DNA of 64,000 nucleotides, from positions 12,650,001-12,714,000 of the forward strand of contig CM052818.1 in the NCBI GenBank assembly GCA_028534125.1. Reading direction: 5' to 3'. Below the pieces are notes generated by a model. It did no database searches. It was not told the origin of the DNA and was given only the letters and a program-made list of their open reading frames with translations. Shown here piece after piece: positions 51,913 through 64,000 of this stretch. A program made the position numbers and the translations under genes. This DNA is from Lama glama (Eukaryota). Within the stretch, counting starts at the first letter, position 1. Each line of letters starts with the position of its first letter.

Positions 51913-53749
51913 TGAGTCAAATTAGATCTTTAATATCACCAAGCTCCAAAGTCTAATTTAAACAGTTTGTGATGTAGGAATATTCTGAAAACTTTTTATT
52001 TTAAAATTGAAAGGGTCTTTGAATATGATCTAGTTTTCATCAGTTTCAGATGAGAGGTAAGAACAAGTAAATATAGACTCATATTTAGTCTAAAACAGCA
52101 CTTGTGTATTTTTGTCATTTACTTTCATCTATGCTTTAGTTATTTTTACTTTGCCTGCTCCAAAAAGAATTCCAGACACAACATTTATCCCAAAAAGCAA
52201 CATTTGCACTACTCCACTTGATGACCTCTTATTCCTCTGAGTAACTTAATAGTCAGACTTAATAGTCTGGCTGTGGAGATAAGAATTTGTTTTGTAAATG
52301 ATAAATTCAAGAAAAATATATATATAAAGGAAGGATTTGACTATTAAAACAAAAAGTCCCAGTTGCAAACTTGGAAACCGTCATTTGGAAAGATTCAGAA
52401 TAAGCCAATTCTGTTTAGTTTGTTGCACTTTATGGTATTTTTAGAGATCTTTCTGGGTTTTTTGGTTTCTGGGTTTTTGGTAAGACCTATAAGCATATTT
52501 CTGTAGACTGACAAAAAAGTATTATTAAGAAAGCATTTAAGAAGGAGACTACAGATACATAATATGGTCTCATGATTGTATTGTTAATTGATAATGTAAT
52601 TCATTACATTTTTGAATATTTTTAATAAAAGTAAATATAAAGAAAATTAAATTAGGATTTTTAAAAATCATAAGCTCCATTAGAACAAGATATATTTATA
52701 TTTCAAAGGCCTTTACATAAAATAACAATGCTCTGAATTATTTTAAAATTAGCTATTAATTACAAATGTCTAGTTCTATTTATTATTCCAAGTGCTGGGC
52801 AATTTTAGCAGTTTTTGAGCAAAAGAAATTTACTGAAATCCCTGCTTCACTAAGTCATTTTAAAACATTACATTTCGGAGCCCATTTCCTCCTACAGGTT
52901 TTTGAGATTTGTGGTAAATGTTCAATCTTGCATACTATTTTATTGCTGCAATCTATGAAGCCAGCAATAATATGGGATTTCAAATATGGATGGCAAATGT
53001 CAGTAGGGCACTATATAAAATCATGGAATAAAACATAAAAAGTTATTTAAGTTGCATATAAAACACCACTTCAGTGTTATATTGCAAATTACTTAAACAA
53101 CATACAGTCTTCAAGAACAGAAAAATGGAGTGTTTTTTAAAGGAATGATTTTCTAAAAATATAAATATTAACCTGTAAGGACACTTTTACTGTTGTGTTA
53201 AATTTCTTTCTAAAACATCAGGCATGTTAAACAAATGTTATTTTTTAAGGAAGAAAAACCACTGCATTCAACTATATAAAAACACAGAGAGAGAATGTTT
53301 CTTGCCTCAGAACTATGGGAAGGGGCAGTAGCGGTTGTTATAACAACTGGCAAGAGAGCATACAGTGAGGAGAGGACTGGTTCTCGCCTATTGTAAACCC
53401 AGACCCTGACTGTCCAAGTCAAGGACACCTAGAGGGATAGCAGGCTTTTTTAAGGCTAGATGTAACCATCTTTAACTTATTCCAAATGTGAAGCTGTAGC
53501 TCACCATTTCAGTCTTAAACAGTTATGAAAGCAGAATTGACCTTTAAATACATTAATCTTCTCTGGTTTAAAAAAAATATATGTATATATGTAGACAAAT
53601 TAATACATATCATATAGTTAAAGTAAAAAGAGTTGTTCATTAATTAACTTGTTCATTTATTCACATTTTAAAGCAGTTCATCCTAGTAATGAATATCTGT
53701 ATTAGCAGTTTATGAAACATTTATGTGTATATTAATTGATTTTTTCACT

Positions 53750-53975
53750 AGTAATTTAACATATACTGAGCAATCACTACGTGCTAGGCATTGCTCTCAG
53801 TGCTTTGTACGAGTTGGTCCTCTTAATCCTCATATTAACCTTGCATTGGAGAGGAGGAAACAGAAACACTGGGAGTGTGGATAAATCAGCTAGGTCACAC
53901 TGCCGGTGATGGCTGGGCTGAGTTCAAACTTGAGAGGGCTGACTCTGAATCTCAGGCTCTTACCATTTCACCACA
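53750..53975 (-). mobile_element. MIR SINE, near full length
   Basis: actgagcaatcactacgtgctaggcattgctctcagtgctttg...gaggaaacaga...ggtcacact...ctgactctgaatctcaggctctta. Confidence 0.85.
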
Positions 53976-54499
53976 TAACAATGTAAGGCTAACAGAGAGG
54001 GACTTGGATTATATTGTTATTTCCACTTGAAATATAAGGAAAATGGTATTTGCAAGGTGAAATGCAAAGGCCATTAAATGGAGGAGCGTAGACGTTTATT
54101 CCGCTTTCCTGCCCCCAAGTCTCCTGTAACATTTTCCCTTGGATCATAAGGAGCTCATCTTCAGGGGAAGCATACACAGAAGCAGCTAACTATAATGCAA
54201 TGCAATTAGTGATATAAAAGAAGTGCTACTGAATTTTAGAGGAGGGTGATTACCTCTTCTGAGACAAAGCTTTATCTACAGGGACAATCATAAGTTCAAG
54301 GAAAGCATAGTCCTAATTAAACAGGGGACAATTTGAGGGACTTTTAAAAACATCCACACACAACTTTCACACTGGCCCATTTTGGTGCTTCAACTTGCCT
54401 TTAAATAATCATTCTTTTTTATAGCTAACGGCAAAAACTCCTAAAATACAAATATGGCACATTTCCTGAGGAGAAGAACGGTTGTTAAAAGTTGAATTT

Positions 54500-54675
54500 T
54501 AATAATGATGACTAACATCATTAAACTCTTATTATGAACCAAGTATCAGTCCATGTACTTCAGAGGTACTATATTTTCCTTAATCCTCAAAGCAATTTAT
54601 ATGACAGTGACCATAATTACTTCATTTTACTGATGAAGACACTAAGGTACAGCTTTCCTAGGACACAGTTTGCCA
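54500..54675 (-). mobile_element. MIR fragment
   Basis: ttaatcctcaaagcaa...cattttactgatgaagacactaagg. Confidence 0.7.
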
Positions 54676-55120
54676 GGAAAATGGCTCTAGGCAACTCTGA
54701 GGAAGGCTAGGGAGAAATTCATTATATGTATCTGTGGTGTCCTATTGAGATCCGTCTTCCAAAACAGGTAGTTCTGTCTTCACACAAGGCTCAGGTGATG
54801 GACTGCCTCAGCTCGAAAAGTGGTTGAGGGTCCATAATTCTCAGGTTTGCTATCTCAGGCCTATTCTTTAGTTTGCCATATCTGGAGAGTTTCGGTTATG
54901 TAAATCAGGTTAAGACCTTAGAGACGTAACAGTTTCACTCTTAAGAACCCCATGAACAGTTGATCTAGGCAGAGATCTTCAGTGGTTCAACAGAGTTCTA
55001 ACTATCCCACCTATCCTGGTGCCTGCGATCGTAATCACAGTCCCTATTTTCACCTCCTGAGATCAGCCACCGGGGATCCTCCCACCTCCACTGAATTTCA
55101 GTTCCCTCCCAACTACATTC

Positions 55121-55211
55121 TTTTTTTTTTTAATTCAAGCACAGTCGATTTACAATGTTTTGTTATTTTCTGGTGTACAGCATAGTGATTCATTTATAGA
55201 TATATATTCTT
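55121..55211 (-). mobile_element. Very short artiodactyl-type L1 3' end with poly(T)
   Basis: (T)11 aattcaagcacagtcgatttacaatg...tctggtgtacagcatagtgattca. Confidence 0.85.
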
Positions 55212-56030
55212 AGTGTAAAGAGAACAAACAATGAAGTGGGGTTTTTTTTCATCTTTTTACCCTTTATAAATAATCCTGTTTTCCCTAATTAACCTATTAA
55301 AACCTTTGTTTTAGATCTCTTGGGGGAATGTAGTGTAGGCATAAGTGGGATAGAGCCATATGATAAATAAAATCCAGCAATCTTGGATTAAGATTCGCAT
55401 GAGTACACAAGAGTAGTTGGAGGGAGATCAGTGCTACCAAATATCTCTTCTCATTTGGCACCATATTCTACAACTACATCATACAGTTTCTTAGGTAATT
55501 TCTGCTCTCTTCAGTTAACTAATAAATTACCAAGAACAGGTTTCGCTTTTCTTAATTTCCCCCATAGGACTTAGCCCAGTTCTCATCATTACGTTAGGTA
55601 GTTATATAATTGAATTGATCTAACACAATACAGTTTGTTTAGATGTAAAGTCATGCTTAATTCTACGAGTTCACTTTATAGTGCTTCTTAAACTCAGTGA
55701 AACAACTAATAATGCATTTGGAATAAGAGAAACACTGTGTTAATTGATTAATCCATGCACTTTCTAAAAATACTTTATAGAATAACAAGAAGCATAAATA
55801 AGAAGCTTGTAATTTAATTAGAAGTAAGCTACTCTGTTAGATGAATATATGGAACCCCAAAGAATATCATACCAATTTTCAAAGCTGTCTACATTCACAA
55901 AGTAAATCCATGAGATCTCTGTATATTGCTATGTGAAGCATGCTGTTAAAGTGATTTACTTTTATTATTTATAATAGCAACTGATAACTAATATGATTTG
56001 GGGCTATAATAAATTTATTATAAGTACCTA

Positions 56031-56070
56031 TACACACACACACACATACACACACACACATATATATATA
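56031..56070. repeat. Compound (CA)n(TA)n microsatellite
   Basis: tacacacacacacacatacacacacacacatatatatata. Confidence 0.9.
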
Positions 56071-57647
56071 CTTCTTTTTCAGCTTTTAACATTGACATGT
56101 GAACACTAAAAATAGTAACACATACTACTAAAATGTAATACTTTAATTCCTTCCCAGAATCCTTAATTAATGCCTTAATTAATTAAGTTAGTGACTGCAC
56201 CACACGGAAATTGAAGTTTATTTTTGTGGTCAATACACACCAACAAAAAAGGAAGCCAGTAATCAATAATACTTGTTTTATGATAATCCTGGAAAAGATG
56301 ACTGCAAAGTAAAGACAATGGAAGTGCTTCTTTCTGAGAGAAAAAGAACCTAAATAATGTTTTAGGGCAAAGCAAACAAACAAGCAGAACTCCTCTATTC
56401 CTCACTCATTTTTATTTGATTGTTATTACTCTGACAACTGGCTCAATGCATCAACCTCTGTTTGGCAAAGAAATATTTTAGGCAGTAAATGTACTGTGTT
56501 TGAGCTTCATAACTGAGCATGAATCATTGCCTTTGCAAGAGCCAAGTCTTTGAAGACAGCTGTTGAGACAATTTCGACTAATGATAATTTTAAAAAATCA
56601 TAAGCACCAATTTACAATGTGTCTCAAATAGAGAACTGAGCTACTTATTACATTCAGTAACTTGTCCCTTTAGGGTGAGGAAGAAGCAATAATTGTTTTA
56701 GTGCAACTTATGGCGATTTTTTAATAAAACATCAGAAAACCAAGCACTGTTCTTTACTTCCACTTCCTTAAATATTGGGTACAAAGCACTGTTAGAATCA
56801 CTCTCCCCAAAGGGTTTAATCTGTGATACATAGGATTTTGGCAAAGAATTCAACTGTCATTTAATATTTTTCACTCAATCATGTATAGCTTTTATGAGAC
56901 ACAATGAAAGTTTAAATGGGGCTTGTACATTAGAAGCTGTTTTTCTTTCTCTGTGCATCATTGGGAGAGGTGAAAAGGTAGTTGGGAATTTCCCATTCCC
57001 CTTGATTTTGGTGGTTGTGAGCCTATGTAAGCTTGTTTCCAAGATGGATGGATGATTTACAATAAGGAAACGCTGAGTAGGTTAAAAAGAACATGAAGAA
57101 CAGTGGAAAATGATGTTTTTACATCTCTTTCAATGAAAACAAGAAGCCAGTAAGTATATAAGGTCCAGAAGAATCATTCATTGGGCATCATTTTGCATGT
57201 TGTGATGTTAAGTTTTTTTTATGGATATACTCAATACAGATACTCTCTTATTACTCTGTATTTCTAGGCCAGCTGAAGTCACTTAATGATGCCTACTGCT
57301 CAGTTCTATAGATGTATACAAAAATTCTATGATTGTTGGGAGGAAAAATATCCCCATTTTTTTTTCTGTCCAAGACTAATTCTGTAGTAGGCTAATGTGT
57401 TCTTTCAGTAAAAAAAGAAAAAAAAATTTGATTTAACTTATGCAGCCAAACAAATATTTAGATTTAGAGCAGAGGGACAGATAAATAGTTTTGCAATTAC
57501 TGCCTAGGCAATAATTGTTAGAAATTTAGTGAAAAGATCTTATATCCAGAAATAAAACAACAAAAAAATAAGATTATATTAAACTATAATATTCAGTATA
57601 AATTAGTCTTATGGTCATTCAGATGTCAATCAAAATTAACTGATTTT

Positions 57648-57795
57648 CTGATGTGTCAATGTAGATTCATCAATTCATCATTTTGATAATGGAGGAGTCT
57701 ATGCATGTGTGGGGACAGGTGGTATGAGGGAAGTCTCTGAGCCTTCAGTTCAATTTCTCTGTGAACCTAAGACTGCTCTATAAAAATTAAGTTTT
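57648..57795 (+). mobile_element. L1MC-type 3' terminus
   Basis: gtgtcaatgtagattcatcaatt...gggaagtctctg...ctgtgaacctaagactgctcta; homologous to 1040-1390. Confidence 0.85.
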
Positions 57796-57904
57796 AGTTA
57801 AACTTAGTTTATTATAATTAGTAATCTAGCTGAAGAAAAAAATCAAATTACAAAGGCATAAAGCTTTTCAGAGAAATTATAAGTTATACACACACACACA
57901 CATC

Positions 57905-58335
57905 AACTGTAATGACTATAGCTGCAAGTAACTGATGACTTAAATCCAAAGCTTGATGTCCAGAGGCAAGGGAGTTACTGGCATTTGTTCAGCTACTTAA
58001 CATCATCAAGGCCTTGGCTTCTATCTTTCTGTGCCACTGTTATTAGCATACTGACTTTTTCTTGTCCTATGTTTTTCTCTTAATTTTAGCAAGATAGTTG
58101 GTTCAGCCTCTAAGTTAACATGTCCATTAAAGGTGGTGAGTTAAGAAGGAGGAAGGGCAGTACTAGCTCCATCTATTCTTTTTATCAGATAAGCCAAAGC
58201 TTTTCCTGTATCACACCAGCTAGAATTCAATCACATGGTCTCCCATAACTGGGAAAGACAGCATCTCACTTAGCACCTTCAGTGAAATATGGGAAATGGA
58301 GAAAGGATTATGGAGCAGTCAGTTATTCATTAACA
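57905..58335 (-). mobile_element. Old MaLR LTR (MLT1K/L-like)
   Basis: gctgcaagtaact...gttcagctacttaacatcatcaagg...caagatagttgg...ttttatcag..aagccaaagcttttcc. Confidence 0.6.
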
Positions 58336-58609
58336 GAAATGATTAAGAGACAGGTGATAGATAGGTATAGACAAATATATGGACACATATGGATTATATC
58401 TGTTTAACACTTTATATGTGAGACAAAAATATTATTATGTTTTCTCCCAAATACTTTGAATTATCCTTATAGTAGCAATACTGTTTTTATAAACTAGACA
58501 ATATATGCTACATTATTTTTCTATCATACAGATTTTTAAGTTGGACAAACTTAGCATACAAATTTGTTTATTAAATTAAAAAAATCACATAGGCACTTTT
58601 AAAAATGGT

Positions 58610-58850
58610 TACATATAATTATAATATATTAGATAAGCCTAATTTTAGCATTTTTGAATATTTAAAGTATATATATATATATATATAAAATTTGTAAGGA
58701 TATAATTTATACTTATATAAAATATATAAATATATATCTAAAATTTTAAGTATGACATAAATGTTTCTAAAATATTTAATATTTTGAGTTATTTTGTGTG
58801 TATATGTTTATATATATTTGTATATATGAGTATATATCATTTTTGTAGGA
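58610..58850. repeat. AT-rich low-complexity / (TA)n region
   Basis: gtatatatatatatatatataaaa and surrounding ATAT-rich sequence. Confidence 0.8.
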
Positions 58851-60519
58851 TCAAGATGATTTAAAATAAATGCTTTGATCTAGAAATTTTAAATTAATAT
58901 GTTAAGTTGGTCATTTTGAAAATGTAAATAGTGACATGACTCATATGAGCAGACCCACAGACACACAGTAGATACTCAATATTAGTAGATTATCTTCAAA
59001 AGTCAAGGAAATTGAAATTATATAACAGGATAACTTAAAATATCCAAAGGTATATAACTGAAAAAGATCTGTAGCACATCAGGAAACTAGAGGAAGCTGC
59101 CATACTTATTTTAGAAACTTTGAGAAACTTCCAAACTATGTAGCTTAAAAGGATACCCAAAGTCTCCTCATTTTAAAGAAGAGACTTCTTCCCAAGGTGT
59201 TTTATATTATCTGTAATTTATTTGAAGCATGGATATTGTAGGGTATGTGTATGTATGTGCCTTTATGCATGAATCTACTTTAATGAATGCCCTAGTGGTG
59301 GTTAGTTAACATTTGACATAATCTACTCAAAATACACACTTCAAGGGTCAAGAGCAATTTAAAGAGTATAGTTACAAGTCTATGAACACCCAAAACAAAC
59401 ATCAACCATAGATAACCGAAGAGCAGGATAGTTAGTTAATTAGCATAAGGATGATAAAAATGATTTTATTAGTAGAAATAAGATGGGTTAAAAATATGAG
59501 GATTTTCCAGAAATATAGAAAAACAAAGGACACATACAGATATGGTGATTTCACAGCCTAAAACTCTTCACAGTTGGAAATTCAACAAACTTACAACAAA
59601 CTATTTAGCACCTTTTTGCTGGTAAACATTTATATGTGTGGTAGAATTCATCCTGGCACATAATTTAATTGAAACATTGTGGACAAAGAGTTCTATTTCA
59701 AATCATAAGAGGCTACCAATACTTACCTAGAAAGAAGAACCAGATAACCATGACTGCCCAAATTAGCTTATGTCAGTTCTCAACAGGACTAAATACAAGA
59801 ATCACTCACAAAGATGCACTAACATACACTGGTTCATGAGAACAAAAATCAAAAAATGTTAATACCACTAAAGCCCTTGAGAAGAGTTTTGTATATTGAA
59901 ATTCATCTATAGTCACTAAATAATCATTATGTTATTTTCATATATATATATAAAACTGGCTCAGCATAATTAATATCACCACTAATGGGAATGTATATTG
60001 TAGGATGATATGCCTTCAAGGTGGAATCTTGGAAACAGTTCAATGACTCATTCATCAACTTACATTTGAATTAATAAAAATTTGCTATTTTGCACACTTA
60101 TGTCAATTGATGTTAAGAGTAAATCACAATAAAAAACTCATGAAAACCTTATAATATTGTATTAAAATATGAATGCTCTATAATAAGCTATATTCAGTCG
60201 TCTTGGAATTTAGGCTTACTCTTGGATTGCAGAAGAGATTTCAAAGAACTCACAATCTTCTAAAACCATTATCTTCAGCTATTTATTATTCACAATCTTA
60301 CATTACCCTCAGTAACATAGCATTGTTTTCCTTTGTAGAAAAACATAGAGTATTGATGTGAAGTTAAAATGCCTTTCTGTTTTAGTCCATATGTTTCTGA
60401 AATGTGATCACATAAAATTGTATAGTGAATGAATGCCACAGACTGAAGATTTGAGCAGGATATGGTTTTCTGTGACACAAGTTTTTCTGGCTATGCTGGC
60501 ATATAAGGAATATCTGTTT

Positions 60520-60655
60520 CTTGATAATACATACAACTGAATTTAAATTCATATTTCCATAATCTGTGATTTTGAGCAAGTTCTTTGAATTTCCTCACTC
60601 TTGGGTTTCTCATCTGTACAGTTTGTACTAATAATTTTTGTGTCTTATACTTTAA
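60520..60655 (+). mobile_element. MIR fragment
   Basis: ctgtgattttgagcaagttctttgaatttcctcactcttgggtttctcatctgta. Confidence 0.75.
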
Positions 60656-63600
60656 AGATACACATTCATTACTATGTTTCTCTTCCAAAAGTCTCCCAGC
60701 TTAGTAAAAGAATTAATAATCAGGAATATATAAGCCTGAAATTGGAAAACCAGTAAAGATCAAGTGAGACAACATTTAAGCTAGCAGGTCATGGAACTGA
60801 GTCACTGTCTCTGGGGCTCTTGGGCAGATTTAAATGCACAGTCTACTGTGGGATGGAATCTGTATGAAAAGTTGTATCTCTGGTAGGCAGTGATTCCCAG
60901 TAAGGTTACTCCAGAACCTTGTCTACTGCTCTGTTCTGATTTAAAAAGCAAATGGTCTTTGGTGGGTAATTCTTGCTAATCAATAAAAAGATAGGTTGTG
61001 CTTGTGACCATTTGAGTTCTTTGTCCTCTCTCAGTGATGTGCCTTCATTCTCTCAATAGAATCCAGAAGTGTTAACTAATATTTTTATTCAGCATACAAT
61101 CCTGTTTGAACAGGAGAGAATACTATTATCATTTGCCTGTTTGGACACTAAAATATTAATTCAGTTGTCGTCACAGAAGATTTAACAGTGAGGTTCAAAC
61201 ATCAACTTATTGAAATGTTTAGTCTTGTTTGTGAAATATTATCTGTCTTGGCAGAAGGCAAATCCTGTCATTATATCCAAAATGTACAATTCTCAAGACT
61301 GGCTATCTCCAATCTGTGTACATTTATTTTAAAAAATGATAATTAGTCTATTTCAAAGCTCTATTTTTTGGAAATCCTGACATATCACAGAGACAAACAT
61401 GATCATTACAACTTACAACTAAAAACCTGCCTATCTTAAATAAGATGCAAAATATATGTCAAATGTACAAAGACTGGCAGTGAAATAAACTTATTGATTC
61501 TGAGATGGTTTATGATATTGGGGCAGTTATCCATCTCTGTGAAAGAAAAATGCAAATTCAAATTACCAAACATTCAAGAGTCCCCAAAGTCTAATTTATA
61601 TTCTAGAATATTAACATCACATTCAGCAACACTATTTCCAGAATTATCCTGTGAAAATGTCCTTACTCAAAGTCTCAAAGTGAGCTCAGAATAATTCAGA
61701 ATAAAGATTCAGAATAAGGTTAAAACTCAGTTTAACGCTCCTAATATGATCTCAAAATAAAAACAGGCAAACTAATCAGATTGAATTTTGAAGGAGGCAA
61801 AGCTGACTCAGTAGCAGAGGAGACCTTATTTAAAAGCTAAATAATGGGATGTTTGAAGATTTAAATTTAAAAAAAACTAGACAAGGAGACAGATAATTAG
61901 AAAAAGTATCAACAGTTGCCTCTAGAAAAGAGATGTGGAATAATCATACTTTTGCTGATATATTTTATTTTACCTAGACATCTCTAAATAAGAAATCTGC
62001 ATCTGTATTCTATAAGAAATTTTAATTTCAATTCAGCCTACTCTTATAATCTGTGGATTATGAATTACTTTTTGGAGTGGATGCACATCTGTGCACGTTC
62101 TTCCTCATAATATAAAATGATGTGGAAAAATGCATCATGAACTACCAAAGTGACCCCAGAAGCCACATATGGTAGTGATGAGTAACTACAATAAAGTGAA
62201 TATATCTTCTGTATGTCATATTTTTTTCCTAAAAGCTTAAGATCAGAAAACTTCTTTACATTACAGTGAATACACGGTAATTAAGAAGCTTAAGAAAATG
62301 TGAATAAAAGATATATGATCCTGTAGTGTCAATATAAAGGGATATCTTGAGTTGTACAGATTTAAAGATGGAGCTAAGATATATGCATCATACGAAAATT
62401 ACCTATAATAAATACAAGTCTAGATGAAATAACAGTGGACTGTTGAAAACTAGATTTCATAATTGCTTTTACATTCTTGCTCCACAAGGAGGAAATTTTT
62501 GATTAAGAATCAAAGAGTATTATCTTCTAAATTATTGCTCGATTTTTATATCATGGGGCATAGGTCAGAGAAATTTTATCTTTATGACTTTATAAAAGTG
62601 TAAGATTTCCAAATCATTAATGGAACATTCATTTGTCCTGTGATGAAATTTTAGGACTTGGATATCTCTGTATATATAACACAGAATTTCTAAAACAAAG
62701 ATCTGAAATTAACTTACTTAAATATAATTTTGTAGGAATGCATACATTTTCAATAATTCGATAATTGCCACCTTTTTAAAAGCTGCTTTCAAAGTTATGG
62801 TTAAAGCACAACTATTTTACGAAACCAACATCATACCTGGACTCATAATATAATTTTTTAGTCTGAAGACTTACTGAGAATGAACTCAAGAAAGTAGGCT
62901 CAGAATGTTGTGTTGGCGCCAGAGTGGGCATAGGAGAGACGCAGGGCACTTGGGACAAAGGGCTGTATTTGGTGGTGATGACAGTGATGGGGAACACGGT
63001 GGAGGGGGCCGGGGCAGCTCCTTTCCCATTAATGACATCATTTTGAAGCAGCAAGTGCCATTTTCAGTGAATTAGTATCATCGCTCCAAGTAATCAATTA
63101 AGAAAAATTACAGCTATTTTTTCTCACACCCTTGAAGGGAAAACCATTGGGATGTTCCCATTATTTTCAACAGATGATCAATATATGAAGAAAAATGTAG
63201 TATATTCTGGCAAAATGTTAAGGAACTAGGAGGTAAGGCTGTTTATTTCTAGGTTGGAGGATGAAGGGGCCCATGGAAGGAAATTAATGTAAAAGGTTTC
63301 AATAGATACGGTTCATACAGCTTGACGAATTTGAAAACTGTTTTACATTGAATAAACAATATCAAATATTTTATATCCATGCTAAATAAAAGGCACACTT
63401 CCTCTTTTACCATTTTTAAAAGGCACAAGATTTTAAATGATCCATTAGAAAAAACAGATATATAAGGACAACAACAACAAAAAATGTAAAACTGTGACAT
63501 TTTCCTTGAGTTTTGATGACCTTACCTTTCCTCACCTTTGTATTCCCTGCAAGGGATTCCCTTCCAGCTCCTAAACAGGACCCTGAGTCCCACCTGAGGC

Positions 63601-64000
63601 TTTCCACAGTAGCTGTCAGAAGAGCTTTGGAAGAAGGCATTTCTATTCTAGAACATGGACATTTTCTCCCTCCCAGCTGATTTACATTTTCAACTTTCTC
63701 TATCTTCACAGGCTTTGCTTCTTATAGGAGAAATTTCAAGGGTAGAAGACCTTGCCAGAGTCCAGATGCAACAGTAGCAGCCGTATTTCCCCACTGCATA
63801 GACTAGCGCTTCCCAAAGAGGTGTACCTCAGTCACAGTACAGTCAATTTATGCCCCCCCCACATATGTCTTACACCACTACTTCTAGTTTCATTTTATTT
63901 AAATACTTTCTGCAATTTTAATTTCTCAAGTACTTCATAAAATGAACCAAATGAATCTGAACTATCTTGCTGTAGAAGAGTCTAATATAATTACTAGACT

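Noticed and set aside
61686..61716. tcagaataa repeated three times (also atatcacaggcaaa twice at about 46390-46421) as a CRISPR-like array
   Set aside because: Too short, no unique spacers, mammalian context; ordinary slippage duplications
1..64000. Inferring a host gene's strand from repeat orientation
   Set aside because: L1s are mostly + while MaLR LTRs are mostly -, so the antisense-bias signals conflict

Overview
AT-rich, CpG-poor mammalian non-coding DNA (intergenic or a very large intron). I recognise no protein-coding exon, RNA gene, CpG island or prokaryotic-type system. The ORFs I can assign are decayed LINE-1 ORF2 pieces or read through the assembly gap; the rest look like chance ORFs. 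A large share of the window is old interspersed repeats: L1 (5' ends, ORF1, endonuclease, ORF2 C-terminus, 3' ends), L2, MIR, MaLR/MLT1 LTRs plus one LTR-internal-LTR remnant, ERVL/ERV1 solo LTRs, and Tigger2a-type and MER5-type DNA transposons. Tigger2a_Art-like MITEs and artiodactyl-type L1 3' ends, with no visible Bov-A/BovB, PRE-1 or CHR SINEs, point to a cetartiodactyl, possibly a camelid (inference). The most informative observations are structural: (1) a 500-N gap bracketed by a perfect 17-bp target-site duplication (TSD) and poly(A), implying a young retroposon hidden in the gap; (2) several nested insertions with readable TSDs; (3) an L1 5'UTR, split by an ERV LTR, joined almost directly to the ORF2 3' end; (4) unassigned LTR-like inserts; (5) a few repeat-free, motif-rich blocks that are candidate conserved enhancers. 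I found no convincing novel biological system. Repeat subfamily names come from recalled consensus sequences, not from a search, and most boundaries are approximate.
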